DNA of 64,000 bases from Trichosphaerium sp. ATCC 40318 (GCA_038496445.1 JALMLS010000075.1:248001-312000); one strand, 5' to 3'. Shown: positions 39,255-52,752, counted from the first letter of the stretch. The notes: generated by a model from the letters alone, not told the origin. Translations and numbers: made by a program.

Positions 39255-39389
39255 TTAACAAACTTTATTTTCCTACGCACAAAAGTCAACATTAGTATCT
39301 TGTAAATTACTGTTGCAAGAAAATACTAGCCGGAGAAATTAGGTCACTACTGAAAAACTACTAGAACCATCGAAACGAGCTCGTAACGG

Positions 39390-39520
39390 ATTGTGACGCT
39401 TTGGCGAGACTAGATTGTTTCGGTCTTGGGCGAAAGTACTTGATTTTCGGATTCAGTTTACTTTCCATTGTATCTAGCAAGACTGACTTGGAAGAAATAG
39501 TGTACACAGTCAACGTCACA
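39390..39520 (-). pseudogene. Orphan fragment of a G4/G5-type GrpE-like last exon
   Basis: cggtcttgggcgaaagtacttgattttcggattcagtttactttccattgtat is nearly identical to 51381-51433 (TMESKLNPKIKYFRPRPK), then degenerates with a deletion. Confidence 0.85.
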
Positions 39521-39587
39521 TTTTAGAACAGATTTTTATTAATTTGACAAGGAAGGCAACTGATTTGTATTCGTTGTTTTCAACCAA

Positions 39588-40947
39588 CTAATATGTCCTT
39601 GAGTCTTCTTCGTCTCCAACTTGATCTTTGATTGATTGATTTACTACCGTTGAAATTGATAGCTGCGATTTGTCAATCTCTTTACCATAATCTTGTACTG
39701 AGAATGCGAATATACAAAGAATAGATACACCAACAAGTTCAAAAGAAAGCAGTAAATTATTCATTAGTTCAGCACGTAACTCTGCTACAAATAGCACTGT
39801 ATCTGTTATAACTTTCTGTCCTACAAGGATATTTAATACCATCTCTTGGAATGCACCGAATATTATAATCAGTTTTATAGCCAAGAACTTTAATGTCATG
39901 CGGTGATTCTTAAGAACTTTATGTGTTGCTCTGAATAGAATAAATAATCCATACATTGCAAAGTTAAGTGATACAATATTGATTATAGTTAGGTATGCTA
40001 TTGGTGTATCGAACCCTGTATCTGATACCGAAGCGTCTGTATTTTGGTCTACAATCAGGGTTGCTAACGAGATTGTTGGTCTTATCACGACATATTGTAT
40101 GACAAGCCAGTAACCTATTGAGTAACTTCAGAATTAGCATGAAAACAAATGTATCAAAGCTTCTCTTTTGCACGTACAAATCTTTAAAGATCTCGCTGTG
40201 AAAGGTCTCTTTCCAAGACAAAAGTAAACACAGCAGCATGGAGCGGTGGCATAATATCTGCAGAAGGAGTAAGTAAACAGTCATATGCAAAAAACCCCAA
40301 AGAATAACTACCTGCGCAACTTTACTCTTTGTAAGATATTCAAACACCCTTCCGGCCCACCGAAGGTGTACACTACAAAACAATTTAATAAAGAGCGAAT
40401 ATCTTGTATCAAAATATTCTACCTATAAGCTGAAAGAACCACACAAGTAAAATTGCTTCATATGCAATTCTCACAAGACTTAGCGTCAGTATTGAATTGT
40501 ACACAAAGACCGATAAGAAAGCCAACAAACTGTACACCTAACATAATGGCGTAAACAATATGAATAGACTTGCAAACAACTCAAAGTACACGTGCTAGAT
40601 ATGACGGCACGTTTTTTCATCACGTGATTAAAAAAAAGTTGGGTATTTTTACTAGTGTTCGCGTACTGGTATGAAAGACACGATTTTTAGGTTCAGAGTG
40701 CGGACAGTAGATGATTTACCGACTCTGAAATGTCTTAAAGTTATGTACGCCCATACAGAGAGGCTAATCACAGTGCATATTGATGAAAATAGCGCAACGA
40801 ACACAATCTAAGCGAAATAAGAAATACCAAAAAAAAGGTGTCCCCACGTTAGCGACTAAAACAGCTTTTAACACTTACTTTACCCTTATCGCGTCCTAAT
40901 AAATCTGAAAAGGATGGGTATTTATGTTGAGTGCTGTTTGGTTCCAT
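39588..40947 (-). CDS. OST-alpha / TMEM184-like (Solute_trans_a) membrane protein
   Basis: Multi-TM protein; SLNFAMYGLFILFRATHKVL...KFLAIKLIIIFGAFQ...NNLLLSFE...FAFS. Confidence 0.8.
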
Positions 40948-41676
40948 GTTAATGCCTATCATAATACTGCAGTCAAAACGCGAAGCAATGTGGCAACAGT
41001 AAACTGGAAAACAAATAACGAAAAAAAAACCATGTGCACTCGAGAAATAATTGTAACGAAAACTTGAATGGTCTAAAAACTGCTGTAAAATCGAAAGACG
41101 AAGCAAACCGGAAGAAATATCTAACCGACGAAATTCTTGTAAGTTTCGGAATACTCTTTTTTGTATTATTTCCAAAGTGTTGTTTTATACTGTACGAGGC
41201 AGCTTGAGTTGAAAAAATACGAATAGTAAAAATATAGGATGAGTGTAGGCGAATTAATCTCTGGTTAGTGGAAGCTTCTATTTAAGAATTAAATAAGAAG
41301 AGAGCCAACATCTATTAGCGAAGTACTTGATACTTGTCTTCCCATTGGGTTTTTGATGAGGCTTTTTGTATTGGTACATGAGAGAAATCAAGTGAAATAC
41401 AACCGAAATGTTGGGAGTAAATTGTGAGAAATATGTTTCCACACGTGTGCTCATGAACTCCTAATGAACTCATATATTTTTCTCTACCTCCTATTTAACG
41501 TAATTTCATACAACGTCAAGTCGTTAATACGACAAATATATAAGAAGAACATGAAGAATCATTTGTAGGATATCAATTGTGAAAATTGTTAAAAAGTGGA
41601 CATTTTACAAATCTCAAACGCGTATTTTATGTGTACTTAACCAAACTGAATTTCATAGTAGGACAGACGTATTTTA

Positions 41677-44600
41677 ATGGAAATTAAAGTAGTAACGTTG
41701 GGATGTATTATTCTATTATTTACAACGTGTTATTCTACTTCTCTTGCTGGAAGCGACTTTCAACAATTACTGATGGAGATGAACTCTGAAGGGTATACTA
41801 GCGTACGAAAGCAAATTAGTCCAAAAAACGTGATTTTCGTCTTTTAGCCCTGTAATTATAGTATGGTAACGTGTGATCCCAGTGATAACATTAAATGCTT
41901 GTACGACACAGCAACGTTATTTATAAACTAAACTGAGTGTAAGGCACATTGGCGCGTCAACACAGTTTCATTTGTCCTCAAATGCTTTCGACAGTATAAA
42001 CGACACATTAGAAGAGCTGTACGCTATATACTGATTTATATATGTTGTCAAAGCCTAATATTACTATCAAGCTTCATAAACAGTAATTTAATCACGTGGT
42101 CGTTAGAACTAAGCAGCTTACGGAATCTAAGAAGCTTGTATGATTTATTTACCTCACAAATTTCGCTCACTTTTCACTTTCATAGAGATCTAGCGGGACG
42201 TAAGATATCAGCATCTATTACAGAAAGCGTGTGTGACTTGGTGTTGCTCAGAAAATTGTACGTGTATATCAACATGTCGGCTACTAACATCGCAAAGAAA
42301 ATTAAAAACAGATCTTTCCGGCGAAATTCCAGATTGTATTGGAAATATGACGTTCTTGGAAGAATTGTAACTCAAACGTCTTTACTACCATGTCTCACTG
42401 TAATTTACTAGGCTTCTCATACATGAATCTAAGTCAAATTTATCAGGGTCTATCCCTGACTCGATACGTCAACTAAAAAACCTATCAATATTGTAAGCAT
42501 ATTTTTCATGGTTAGACAGTTGTGGCCTTACCTTTGCAACTCATATGGTTAATTACATAGAGTGATTTCAAAGCACAGTAAAATAACTGGCACAATACCT
42601 CAGAACTTATTTGAAGATCTTGGAAACCTAACAACCCTGTAAGTTGGCAAAAGAGACTGGATTATTCTTACGTATTATTTAGAGATCTATCTAGTACATC
42701 TATTATCGGCACAATTCCACAAGTGCAGCCCAATTCTAGCTTGAAACACTTGTACGCCTTTTGATACATCCGTTGATTATTAATAAAAGGAAGGGATCTT
42801 GCTTCTACTGATATACAGGGACCTATACCAGAAGGAATATACATGAACGGTTTGGTGACTTTGTACGCTGTTGGAACTGTTAATACTTGTCACCCTTGTC
42901 TCTAACACGCTTCATACTCAGGAAACTTAGATTGGCTCCCTACCTTATAGCAAGTTTGAATATATCTCGAATAAAAGCTCCTGCGTTTGTGAAGCTAGAG
43001 AGATTGTACAACACCTTTGCTTTCAAGTTTTTACTGAAACAATCTTACACTAATAGGGAACTGCAAAGGAAAAACGTGGGCAGTATACCTAAACATTTTG
43101 CTAATTTGATCAACCTCAGAGTATTGTACAAACTGATAGGATTCTATTTTTATCCAGCTAATTTGTTTGTTAGGGAGCTAGTAGATTGTTCTATGGAAGG
43201 GACACTACCTGACTTCTTTGGTTCATTCAAAAAGTTAACTAATTTGTACGTTAGTGTAACTCTTGAATGAGACACGCGAACTAATTAAAATAACAAATAA
43301 GAGAACTCCAGTACAATAAATTGAATGGCAGTCTCTCTCCTTGGATATACAATATCAACCATCTGTACGTGCTGTTTCTCAATTGTTCACAACATAACAC
43401 GTGTTTTTAAGGAATTTGCGAAATAACGCCTTCACAGGAGTTCTTCCTATTGGTAATAACACTAGTGGTAGTGTCCGTTCCTTTATGTAAGGTCAATTAA
43501 CAGAATATCATCTAATAGGGTTTTTAGTACTCTACGAAACAACTACCTTAGCGGTAATATACCGCCTGCCCTGGGTATATTCAACTTTGTGTAAGTACAA
43601 AATACGTCTATTTGATGATAACAACCTAAACAGGGTACTCATAAACAATAAGTTTTCTGGAGGAGTTGAAAATCTAGCAGGAACACATACTGAATACATG
43701 TACATGTTTTTTTTGAGAAGGAAAAAAACGAAATAATGGCTATTTTTAGGAGATTATCTAACAACAGGTTCTCTGGACCGTTACCGAATCTGACAACTGA
43801 ATTTGGCAAGTATGAAACGATGTATGTTACTTGTATTTTTACCTATGCATATTGAGGTTCCGTACTAATTAATCCGTTTAGCGAATTGAATGAGAATGAT
43901 TTTTCTGGATGTATTTCAGCTTCGATATTACAACTCAATGTTGTAAACTTGAATTTGAGCAGTAATTCGTTATCTGGAGAGCTGCCAGCAATTACCAATA
44001 TTTCTCATATAAAGACTCTGTACGTGTATCACTTTGAAGCGACATCAAGCTTATTGCTTTAAAGAGATTTATCAAACAATGAATTGTATGGTCCATTGCC
44101 TGGATACCTCAAAACCATCGATATGTGAGTCTGAGTATAGGTTTCTTGCTTTTGTTTATGTATATTTAGGGATGTCAGTAATAATAGATTTTGGTGTCCA
44201 ACAGACGAGTTCTCCATAAATACAAGTGATTGGTACTTTTTGAGTTTTCTTCTTTGTATCCAAAGTAGTGGCTGTTGCTAAATAAGGGTAGTTTAAAGTT
44301 CGCATACAATTACTTCTGTGAGGATTCAAGGTTTTGCCCAACAATGGAGCCATTGGATTGCTCTGGTATGTGCTCAGAGTTCCCTATTAAAATACCAGTA
44401 GATGTGACAGTCGTTGATGAGTTGATAGTTTCCGAAAATATTGCACTTGAAGGTACCTGCATTGTTGTGTAAAAAGGTACTAAGCTTAGTCTTAGGTGAA
44501 TTCAGTTTACCATCTGGAACTTCTCTTACATCTACAAATGGGGTCAATATGACAGTTCGCGGATGTGTTAATATAAACGGAGAGATATCCGTCATCAATG

Positions 44601-44971
44601 AAGCTAACAAGTCTAAATCTGATGTTTTTGAAATTCGATCTTTGACTTGCAATATAACTATTGGTGATACAGCGACAATCAACTCAGAGTGTACCACTCT
44701 AAATGGTACGTGGTATTACATCTTGCTATCTATTTACAACATTAAAGCTGATTCAACTTTAATGCGAATGTTCTCATCACGTTCCACGTGCTCTGAAACG
44801 ACAGAAGATAATGGATCAGGATTATCAACAGTAGCAATCATTGTTATTTCTATTGCTATTGTATCTTTACTCGTTGTAGTCGCATTTATCGCCCTTGTTA
44901 TGCTCGTACCGTCTATAAAAGAAGCTGTCATGCCATACAATATGTACACACATGAGCAAACAATTCAATAA
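41677..44971 (+). CDS. Secreted/type-I membrane leucine-rich-repeat protein
   Basis: Signal peptide MEIKVVTLGCIILLF; many plant-type LRRs (L..N.fsG.iP), roughly one per exon; Cys-rich region; single TM (VAIIVISIAIVSLLVVVAFIAL); short tail. Confidence 0.85.
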
Positions 44972-45135
44972 ACAGCTTAAAACAATGTTACGTAATGTAG
45001 CAAGCCTTTGAGTGCGTTCCATTCACTCTCTATTTTGTTCTCAGGTACAATAAATACTAGTACGAAATTATCATAGTAGACGCAAAGAGATAAATATTGG
45101 TACATTTTGAACAAATTGAGGTAAATGCGTGTACT

Positions 45136-47647
45136 GGTAAAAAAACAGGGCAAGAGGATGTGAGGGGGCTTTATTTGAAAGCACTTTAGCGACAAATGCA
45201 CTTAGTTACAGGTACTACAGTCGCCATTGAGAGGCAGTACAACACTTGCAGTTGTACTAGGATGGATATCGGCATTACCTTTCCAACAGAAATTAAAGGA
45301 GTTGTAGATTTGTACTTCTGTGAAAGCCCAACCATCGTTAGCGAATACTCTCATCTCAACACCTTGAAGTGTCTTGTCGGTATTCTTTGCAGGTGCCATC
45401 ATGTAGAATAGATCGAGAGCGTCAGATTGAAACTCGTTGAGGCGGGGATCGACAATAGCATCGCTGTATGAAGAATTGGTTCCGTCAGTGTACACATATC
45501 GGTACTTGATTGGAGCATTTGTGCCACTGGATTGACCGTTGTCTGTCTTTGTCATTATCATTGTGTATTCGTTCACCACTTTCTCGTATGTGTCTCCAGA
45601 ACTGTGAGGGTTCGAACAGTTTGTCATGAAGAATAGGTTACACACACTGTTGGAGTAACTCGTGTAGTATCCACAGCGATCGTCTGCATTGCATAGTTGT
45701 TCACATTGAGTCTTCGTTACTGAGGTATCTGGAGGGAAGGAACATTCTCCTGAACCGCCAACCCAATCGCAGTGCGTTACTGTTGATCCAGGAACAGAAC
45801 CATTGCAGTACATAAATTGACCGGCATACATGTCTTTGCGACAGCCAGAACAAGTATTCTGAGCGTTGAGAATGGCTTTGTAGTTGAAGGCCAAGGCAAG
45901 TGAGATGCAGAGATAGAGTAGAATCGATGAATAGTTCATGATGAAAGGTACTTGTACGTTGAAGTAGAGTTGTTGTTTGTTGTTTGAAGGTTATTCGTAA
46001 ATGATGAGTCTTGACTTAAAGAGCGATTGCTAAGACATGTTAGCCTAAAACACGTGTGAACGGTAAACAAAAAGTGAAGCAAAAAGGCACCATGCTGCTA
46101 AAAAAAATACCAACAACAGTACAAACATATTTGGGATTAAAACTACGCGTTAACAGTAAACATTTATGAAAAAACCAGGAAATGAAAAAAAGAATACACG
46201 TGTTCGTCATGGTTATTGTGAACTGTGTTTTTTTGCCCTTTAAATAAACCAAGCGTTATTTAAACCTTAAAAATGAAGACTGGGGATTATTTTACATCAG
46301 TTCGGTTTGGTTTTGTTTTTATTGTTCAAAACGTTCACTGAACTATTATTTGTTTTGAAATAATTTCGCTCTTTTGCCGGCCCGTTCCACTTCTATGAAT
46401 AATGTGTTTCAGGTTTTGATATCCAAAGTTTGAGAAAGACGGAAATCTCAAAATAAACATTTCTTCAAAAACCACCTCTGTTTTTCGTCAAACTAAAAAA
46501 ATTCAGAAGGGTCTTCGTGCTACACTTTAACTTACAGTTTCTTGTTCAGTCTGGGTTCAATGTGCACAGAAACTTTGGTCTGCATCCTTAGGATCGCAGT
46601 ATTTTGGAAAGCGCTTGCCAAGGCATAGTGCTGTTTCTCGACAACAACTCCCAGTCTCAAAAGCTGCTTCCAGTATTCATCCAAATTTTCTTGATGAGAT
46701 TGCCTGCTACCATTTACAGAATGCCACGGTGTTTGTCGATTGCTCTGTGTACAATCTAAGTTGCAGTATTTGTAGGTATGTTTCAGAATGTTCTCATACG
46801 AGATTGTCTGCTCCATTAGCAAAACGCAGCTGGCGCTACCATTTATAGAACACCACAGGTGTTAGCCAAGTTGCCCTGTGTACAATCTAACTTGCAGTAT
46901 TTGTAGTTATGTTTTCAGAATGCTTGAAAGATACAAGTTCGCTCTCACTGTTACAAGACATGCTTTGATTTGCAGCATCAAATGAAGTACCATGCAGTTT
47001 TCGTAAAATTTAGTTTTTTTTTCCGACACTCTGAAGCTAGACCGCTGTAGTTGTGTAGTAGCTGTACCCCCAATAAACTTACTAATTCACGACACCAATC
47101 TGTGATTCATAGTGAGACTACAAACTAACAAAATCAAAATAGTCGCTTTCAATTGCTTGATGACACTTAACACAAGCGTCTCTTTAAACTTGCTTTTCTT
47201 TCCATCAGATACTAACAACAGTGCATGTTGATAGGTACAATGCACGCTAATACAACATAGTAATAGGTATCACAAAAGTGATCTCAACTACAACACTTTT
47301 TGATTGATTCACTCGCTGCCACATAGAGTTGATGCTACTGATCACCCTGTATGACATGTTTACATGTCGGTTTATCAATGTGTTATTTCTCAAGAAATCG
47401 CTTTACAAGTTTTATGGTCAGTCACGTGAACGCTTGTCATCTGAAAGCAGACTATTTTGTAGGTAGTTTGTTTTTTATTGTTGATTGCGTAGTACAGTAT
47501 TTCTTGTATTTGCAATAAAATATAAACACAGTGAAACGTACAACCTCATGGCTCTCACTATAGCTACGAAGATGTTCTCTTTCACACCGAAAATAATACT
47601 ACAAATTGTGAAGTTAGGATTTAATTTATTGAATTTATTTTCTCGCT
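45136..47647 (-). repeat. Right arm of the ~2.5-kb inverted duplication
   Basis: Reverse complement of 22772-25298. Confidence 0.95.
45202..45939 (-). CDS. Secreted PAN/apple-like + PLAT-like protein, copy 2
   Basis: Near-identical to 24489-25235 with small in-frame indels and substitutions. ORF intact. Confidence 0.8.
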   Translation of the reverse strand: MNYSSILLYLCISLALAFNYKAILNAQNTCSGCRKDMYAGQFMYCNGSVPGSTVTHCDWVGGSGECSFPPDTSVTKTQCEQLCNADDRCGYYTSYSNSVCNLFFMTNCSNPHSSGDTYEKVVNEYTMIMTKTDNGQSSGTNAPIKYRYVYTDGTNSSYSDAIVDPRLNEFQSDALDLFYMMAPAKNTDKTLQGVEMRVFANDGWAFTEVQIYNSFNFCWKGNADIHPSTTASVVLPLNGDCSTCN

Positions 47648-48173
47648 CTCGGTTTATCTTGTAACCTAAAAAAGGCGCTTATGGACAGTCAGAGAACTAA
47701 TGAACGCAAAGGGACAATGCGGCATCATCGGATTGTAATTGGTCGTTTGGTGGCGGTCAACAATACGGCTCCAGACAAGCGCTTGGTACACTTGCTCTAC
47801 TTTTTGAATCAGCTTCAACGTGATATACAGTGTTCACAGTTACAATAGTGCCAGAGCTCAATAATTCAACCTTATACGACCAAGATGTTCTATTTACTGG
47901 AGCTATGAAAGAAAATAGTGAGTAGTCTGCTATTCCTAGTGGTAGAAGAAGGTCACGTTGCTTACCTAATGTGCGACGAACCCAACCACTATTGGTTCTA
48001 TATCTTTGATTCTACCTAAGATCCTGACGCTAACAATAGGTACGACACCTCAACAATGTGATGGAGCATGTAGAAAAGAGTGGTAGGTTTCTGGAAGAGA
48101 AGATACTGATTAACTTCGCAAAGTAATGTTGTAGCTCAAAGTGTTTCTGTGATGTACCTTGACGCGTTATAGC

Positions 48174-48934
48174 TATTGTCCGTATCATTCAAGTTTGCGA
48201 CAGGTTTGGCAGAAGTATCAAAGTGTAAGATCTTGTAAGTTCTGCTAGTTCTTGCAGGTTCTGTCAGATTTTGTCAGTTTTGATAGTTCTTGCAAGAACT
48301 GACAGCTTTGATAACAACTTAGCGGAACCAGTGCAATGTGAATGCATCACATTCTACAACTCATGACAATGTACCGTGCTTGCCGCACTTATGTACAATA
48401 AGGCAAGACGAAAAAGCAATGTGCCAAAAGTCATATCATTAATAATGATTTACTGTTAACTTACTAGCACCAGGCTTGAATTCTGGAACCTATTCAGGCG
48501 TAAAGAGGAGTATTAACCGCGAGAAAACGTTAGAACCTCAAAGAAAATTTCAAGCGCTTCCAAAGTATCTTGGGCTGAGCGTACGGTATTAACATAGCGT
48601 AATAATCTTTTTTAGAGTATAGGAGACAACTGTTGGATCTCATAGGTAATCAGAGACGTTAACAGAACTACACTAATGTACCAAATAAAATAATGGTTAA
48701 AAACACGTGGTCACAATAATATGTATGCGTTGTAGACGTGGATTTAGTTTTTTACCAGAACTGACAAGATCCGTCAGATCTTGTAGATTTTAGCAGATCT
48801 TGCAAGAACTAACAAGATCTTGTAAGAACTAACAGAAGTTGCAAGATCTGTCAGATCTGACTAAACACGAAAACCAAAAGTCACAATTAGCAAAAAGCTG
48901 CACAGATTAGCAAACTTGAATGATACGGACAATA
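48174..48934. mobile_element. MITE / non-autonomous DNA transposon with TIRs and TA flanks
   Basis: Perfect inverted repeat tattgtccgtatcattcaagtttgc (48174-48198) / gcaaacttgaatgatacggacaata (48910-48934), whose outer TA may be the TSD. Arrays of ~10-bp subterminal repeats (tcttgcaagaact, ctgtcagat). No transposase. Confidence 0.8.
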
Positions 48935-49049
48935 CGTCAGTGCTACTTAATAAGCAGTTCTTTTAACCTATATCTACAACGTACATAACAGTTTCTACTC
49001 GTGGAAAGTAATAAAAGTGCTTTGGAGACAAGTAAAAAAAAAGTGGCAA

Positions 49050-49297
49050 CCTCAAGATGCGAATTGTGTTTTTCATCAACTTAAAAATTGATTCAAAAGG
49101 TTTTCGTGTTACACTTTTACTTACATTTTCTTTTGCTCAGTCTGGTTCAATGTGCACAGAAACTTTCATCTTCATCCTTAGGATCTCAGTATTTTGGAAG
49201 CGCTTGCCAAGGCATAGTGCTGTTTCTAACCCACAACAACTCCCAGCTGTTCATCAAATTTTCTTATGAGATTGCCTGCTAACATTACAGAACGCGA
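49050..49297 (-). repeat. Third, more diverged partial copy of the duplicated segment
   Basis: Matches ~46445-46725 (gttcaatgtgcacagaaact, gcgcttgccaaggcatagtgctgtttct, gagattgcctgcta). Confidence 0.8.
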
Positions 49298-49559
49298 CTG
49301 ATATTCCAACTGCATGTTGCTGCAGGTTCAGGTTACAGGACTTAGTTGGTCGACTGTTAAGTCTCCAATTGAACGTGTAACACACAATGGACAACCTCCC
49401 CGTAGAGTTGATTTTAACAATCCTTGATTTCATTACGATACCCTCAAATCTCCAAACTACGAAAAAAACCAGCAGATTATTCGAATCGCTTACAAAAGAG
49501 ACTAAACTGTACAAAGTGCGATTTTTTATATCTAATATCACGTTTTAACCATTTTAGAG

Positions 49560-50822
49560 TCTTTCTGCCGTTTATACAGTTAAAGCCGTGACAGGCAGCC
49601 ATGAAAAAGGTCTCATCGATGGCAAGTATCTCTTTCCACGTATCAAAGCTTTTTAAACAAACAACCTAGGAGACGCGAAAACTGCCCGTTTTATGATGCA
49701 CGAGGCATAGCGTTTGACAAGCAAGGCGATGTACGCGTTTACTTGTAACATAGTGATAATCAGGCAAAATATTTATTTAGATTGTTTTAGATGATATAAT
49801 TACTGACAATTCAAATCATCTACTAAGAAAGTTGTGTATGTTTACAGGGATTGTAAGCACTGTTGAGTGTACAAAGAGTAAAGTGGAATTTCCACATGAT
49901 GTAGCAGTTGATAGTGATGGTAACATCTTAATTGCAGATGCTTCACATAGTGCACGTGTTTATTTTTTTTCCTTTTTTTTCTATTTTTTTTTTGTCTCTA
50001 CTCATTCCCATGAGACACTGTCTTCACATGTAAAACTAAAATGGTATTTGGTAATGTGTTGGCTTTAAAATTTTACTTTTAATGGTGGTTGTGCTGTTGC
50101 ACAATACATTTACTAGCGCATGAAAAAGAATGTGGCTCGTCTTGTTTAACTTGGCCCCACACCAATCCAAGCATATTTTTTGGACTTGTGGTATACACAG
50201 TTGATATTAATACTTTCTTTAGCGTATTATGTACATTGAAGCTGCTACTGGAGAGTTAAAGTTGTTACATAAGGAAAGACAAGGTGGTTGGCTTAGAAGT
50301 GTTGCTATTTCTCCTGAAGGGTATATTTGTTATGCAAACAGCACTAGAAACTGGGTACGCGTTAGTTGTGGTATATCAAGTGCATCAACACGAAATCCGC
50401 CACCTTTGGGGCAAATTGAGTTAGCAAATGCAAGGAATGTTGTGACAGACGATAACGGAAATATCTATGTTTCAAACTTTGATACTTTGGGTGTTGTCCC
50501 TCACAATGATAAACTACGTTTATATCCATTTAAGCTAGATACCTTAAGTCGATTATGCTATGTCAATGGTAAGACGAAAACCTAAATTAAATCAAATATT
50601 TTGTACTGTGATTACTTGTTCTAATTTTTTTTCATTGAAGGAAGTTTGATTTTTGGCAGTAGTAATAGGATGTACAGACTGTTTGTTGAAAATGAGGAGC
50701 TGATTGAAATAAACCTAGAAAACATAAACAATATGGTGAACATTAACAGTATTGTATATCACGACAAGATGCTGTACTTTTCGCATGACAACAGAATAAG
50801 CAAAATAGATATTATTTTGTAA
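49560..50822 (+). CDS. NHL-repeat (beta-propeller) protein, possibly pseudogenised
   Basis: DG..DAKTARF/DARGIAFDKQGD, ITDNSNHLLRK, FPHDVAVDSDGNILIAD. Apparent 1-nt frameshift in the T run at ~49690. Start not found. Confidence 0.65.
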
Positions 50823-51236
50823 AGCAAAAATTATGCGTAACCTTATGAAATAAAATTTATGCTCTGTTGCAAAGCATCGGTATCCATTATAGTAGATTGG
50901 TTATGCCTTGGTTGTCTATTGGACGAAATTTACACCCGATTCGTCTTTATGTGTATGAAAAGTAAGTTGTTTATTGCTATGAATATCACAAATTAAAGCT
51001 ATCATTTTCAAGTACTCGAGACATACCCATTCTAGTTAGCCATTATGTTCCTATCACTATGAAACACCTTATCTTAAACCGGTCATCGATATTGTTAGAC
51101 ATCCAAATAACTGTCAGTAGACTTGTCACCTAATTGTGCACGCACTCAGTCGCCATAAAAAGTCATAATAATCGTTTGCTCGCTTTGTCAGTACATGACC
51201 ACAAACATTCCACTGTTTGTAAATACAATATTTATT

Positions 51237-52752
51237 CTAAGGTAGTACAGTGATTACATCTGCTTGCTTGATGATACGTTGAGTAATACCACATTGTAGT
51301 CCTGGACGCATGAGAAGCTTTACAATAGGTACAATCGCATTTTGACGAGATTGGTGAGATGCTGGATTGTATTGTTCTTTCGGTCTTGGACGAAAGTACT
51401 TGATTTTCGGATTCAGTTTACTTTCCATTGTATGTAGCAATGATACTGCCTGCGAAGAAATATTGCTTATTGTCAATTCCATGTTTTCGTCTGTTTAAAA
51501 ATTAATATCATTACATTGAATAGTGGCTTCGTACCTTTCTCAATCTGGTATGTAGTAAGAACTTTTGATACTGATGCATAGACAAGTAAAGATATGTACT
51601 GGTGCCTGTTAAGAAACTGTTAAGAAAGTAAGAGATAAAAAGCAGACTGATAAGCGTACTTTCGAGGATCATCTAGCTCTTCAAGTTTAAAAGGTATCTT
51701 ATTATTGAGCGAAAATGTTTGCCAATTAATAGCAAGAACGTCAAACAATGCTGAGTAAAAAGAATCACTCTTGTCAGTAGGTAAGTGAGCTGAACCCCTA
51801 AATAAAAGGTTAAAAACGTGTTAGAGGTTTACTCACGTGGCATCCAGAAACAGATTAGTAACATTGTCTACAAACAATTCATAGTCATGCAAAAAGTCTC
51901 TGACGCTATCGTCGTATTGTGTTCCCGATAGCTTGATCATAAAGCGTTTGTGTTCCTCTTTTTTTTTCTCTAAGGCATCGTAGAACTTACGTTGCACAGT
52001 TTGAAGCGCATTCTCATGATACTCCTTGTTTTTCTTGAGCTCTTCTTTCAAACACGTGATTTTTTCTTCAGCTTCTGTTTTCGCTTTTCTTTCCTTGTTG
52101 ATAGCTTCAGTACGTACGCGTTGAAGATCTTTAGAGTGACGATATTTAATTGTAATCAACTCTTCTCTCAGAGACTTGACGTGAGTGCTTCTCGGTTTTT
52201 CCTTTGCAATTCTCTTTTCTCTTTGGCCTGCTTCGCTTTTAGTTTTTTGAAACCTTCCTTTGCTTGTTTACGCTGATTCAGTCTGTTGTCTTTCTCTTCT
52301 TTCAATTGTTGTTTAAGTTCTTCAATTGTAGCGCCTACAGTTTTCTCCAGGGTGCTTTTGATATCCAGTTCTTTGTTCAACGCCTTGTTTTCTTCTTTGG
52401 CTACACGTAAAAGAGTGTTTAAATCCTCCTGCTCGCTTACAAGCGAAAATATTAGGCGAGTTTTTTCTTGGAGCAAAGATTTTTCTTCTTTCGGTACTCG
52501 TATATCTCCAACTTGTACGGAGGCTGCACGGGCACGTTTTTGAACTATTACTGATCCCCAAACCTCGGTAACTTGTTTATCAGTTGAAAAAAATCGATCA
52601 GATGGCTTTGATTGTCCAAATATGGTGTAGTTTGGCGCAGGGGTAATGTTGATGCTTTTTGAGGTGTTTGTCCTGGTTTGTGCTAGATAGACTGAAAGAG
52701 CCTTTTTAACAATTGATTTAGCGAAGCGTTGGCTATATTCATACTTTTCCAT
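51237..52752 (-). CDS. Coiled-coil protein with GrpE/MIEAP-like C-terminal head, paralog G4
   Basis: MEKYEYSQRFAK...; EEHKRFMIKLSGTQYDD; last exon PKIKYFRPRPKEQYNPASHQ...LMRPGL...RIIKQADV. Confidence 0.82.

Noticed and set aside
22772-47647. Giant transposon (Polinton/Starship-like) with 2.5-kb TIRs
   Set aside because: No TSD, integrase, recombinase, polymerase or capsid gene seen. The interior holds intron-rich cellular genes, and the arms decay outward.
47690-48110. Possible coding remnant next to the MITE
   Set aside because: Short frames with stops and no recognisable motif.
48226-48860. CRISPR-like or satellite repeat array
   Set aside because: Degenerate ~10-bp units without unique spacers, in a eukaryotic context. 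Explained as MITE subterminal repeats.
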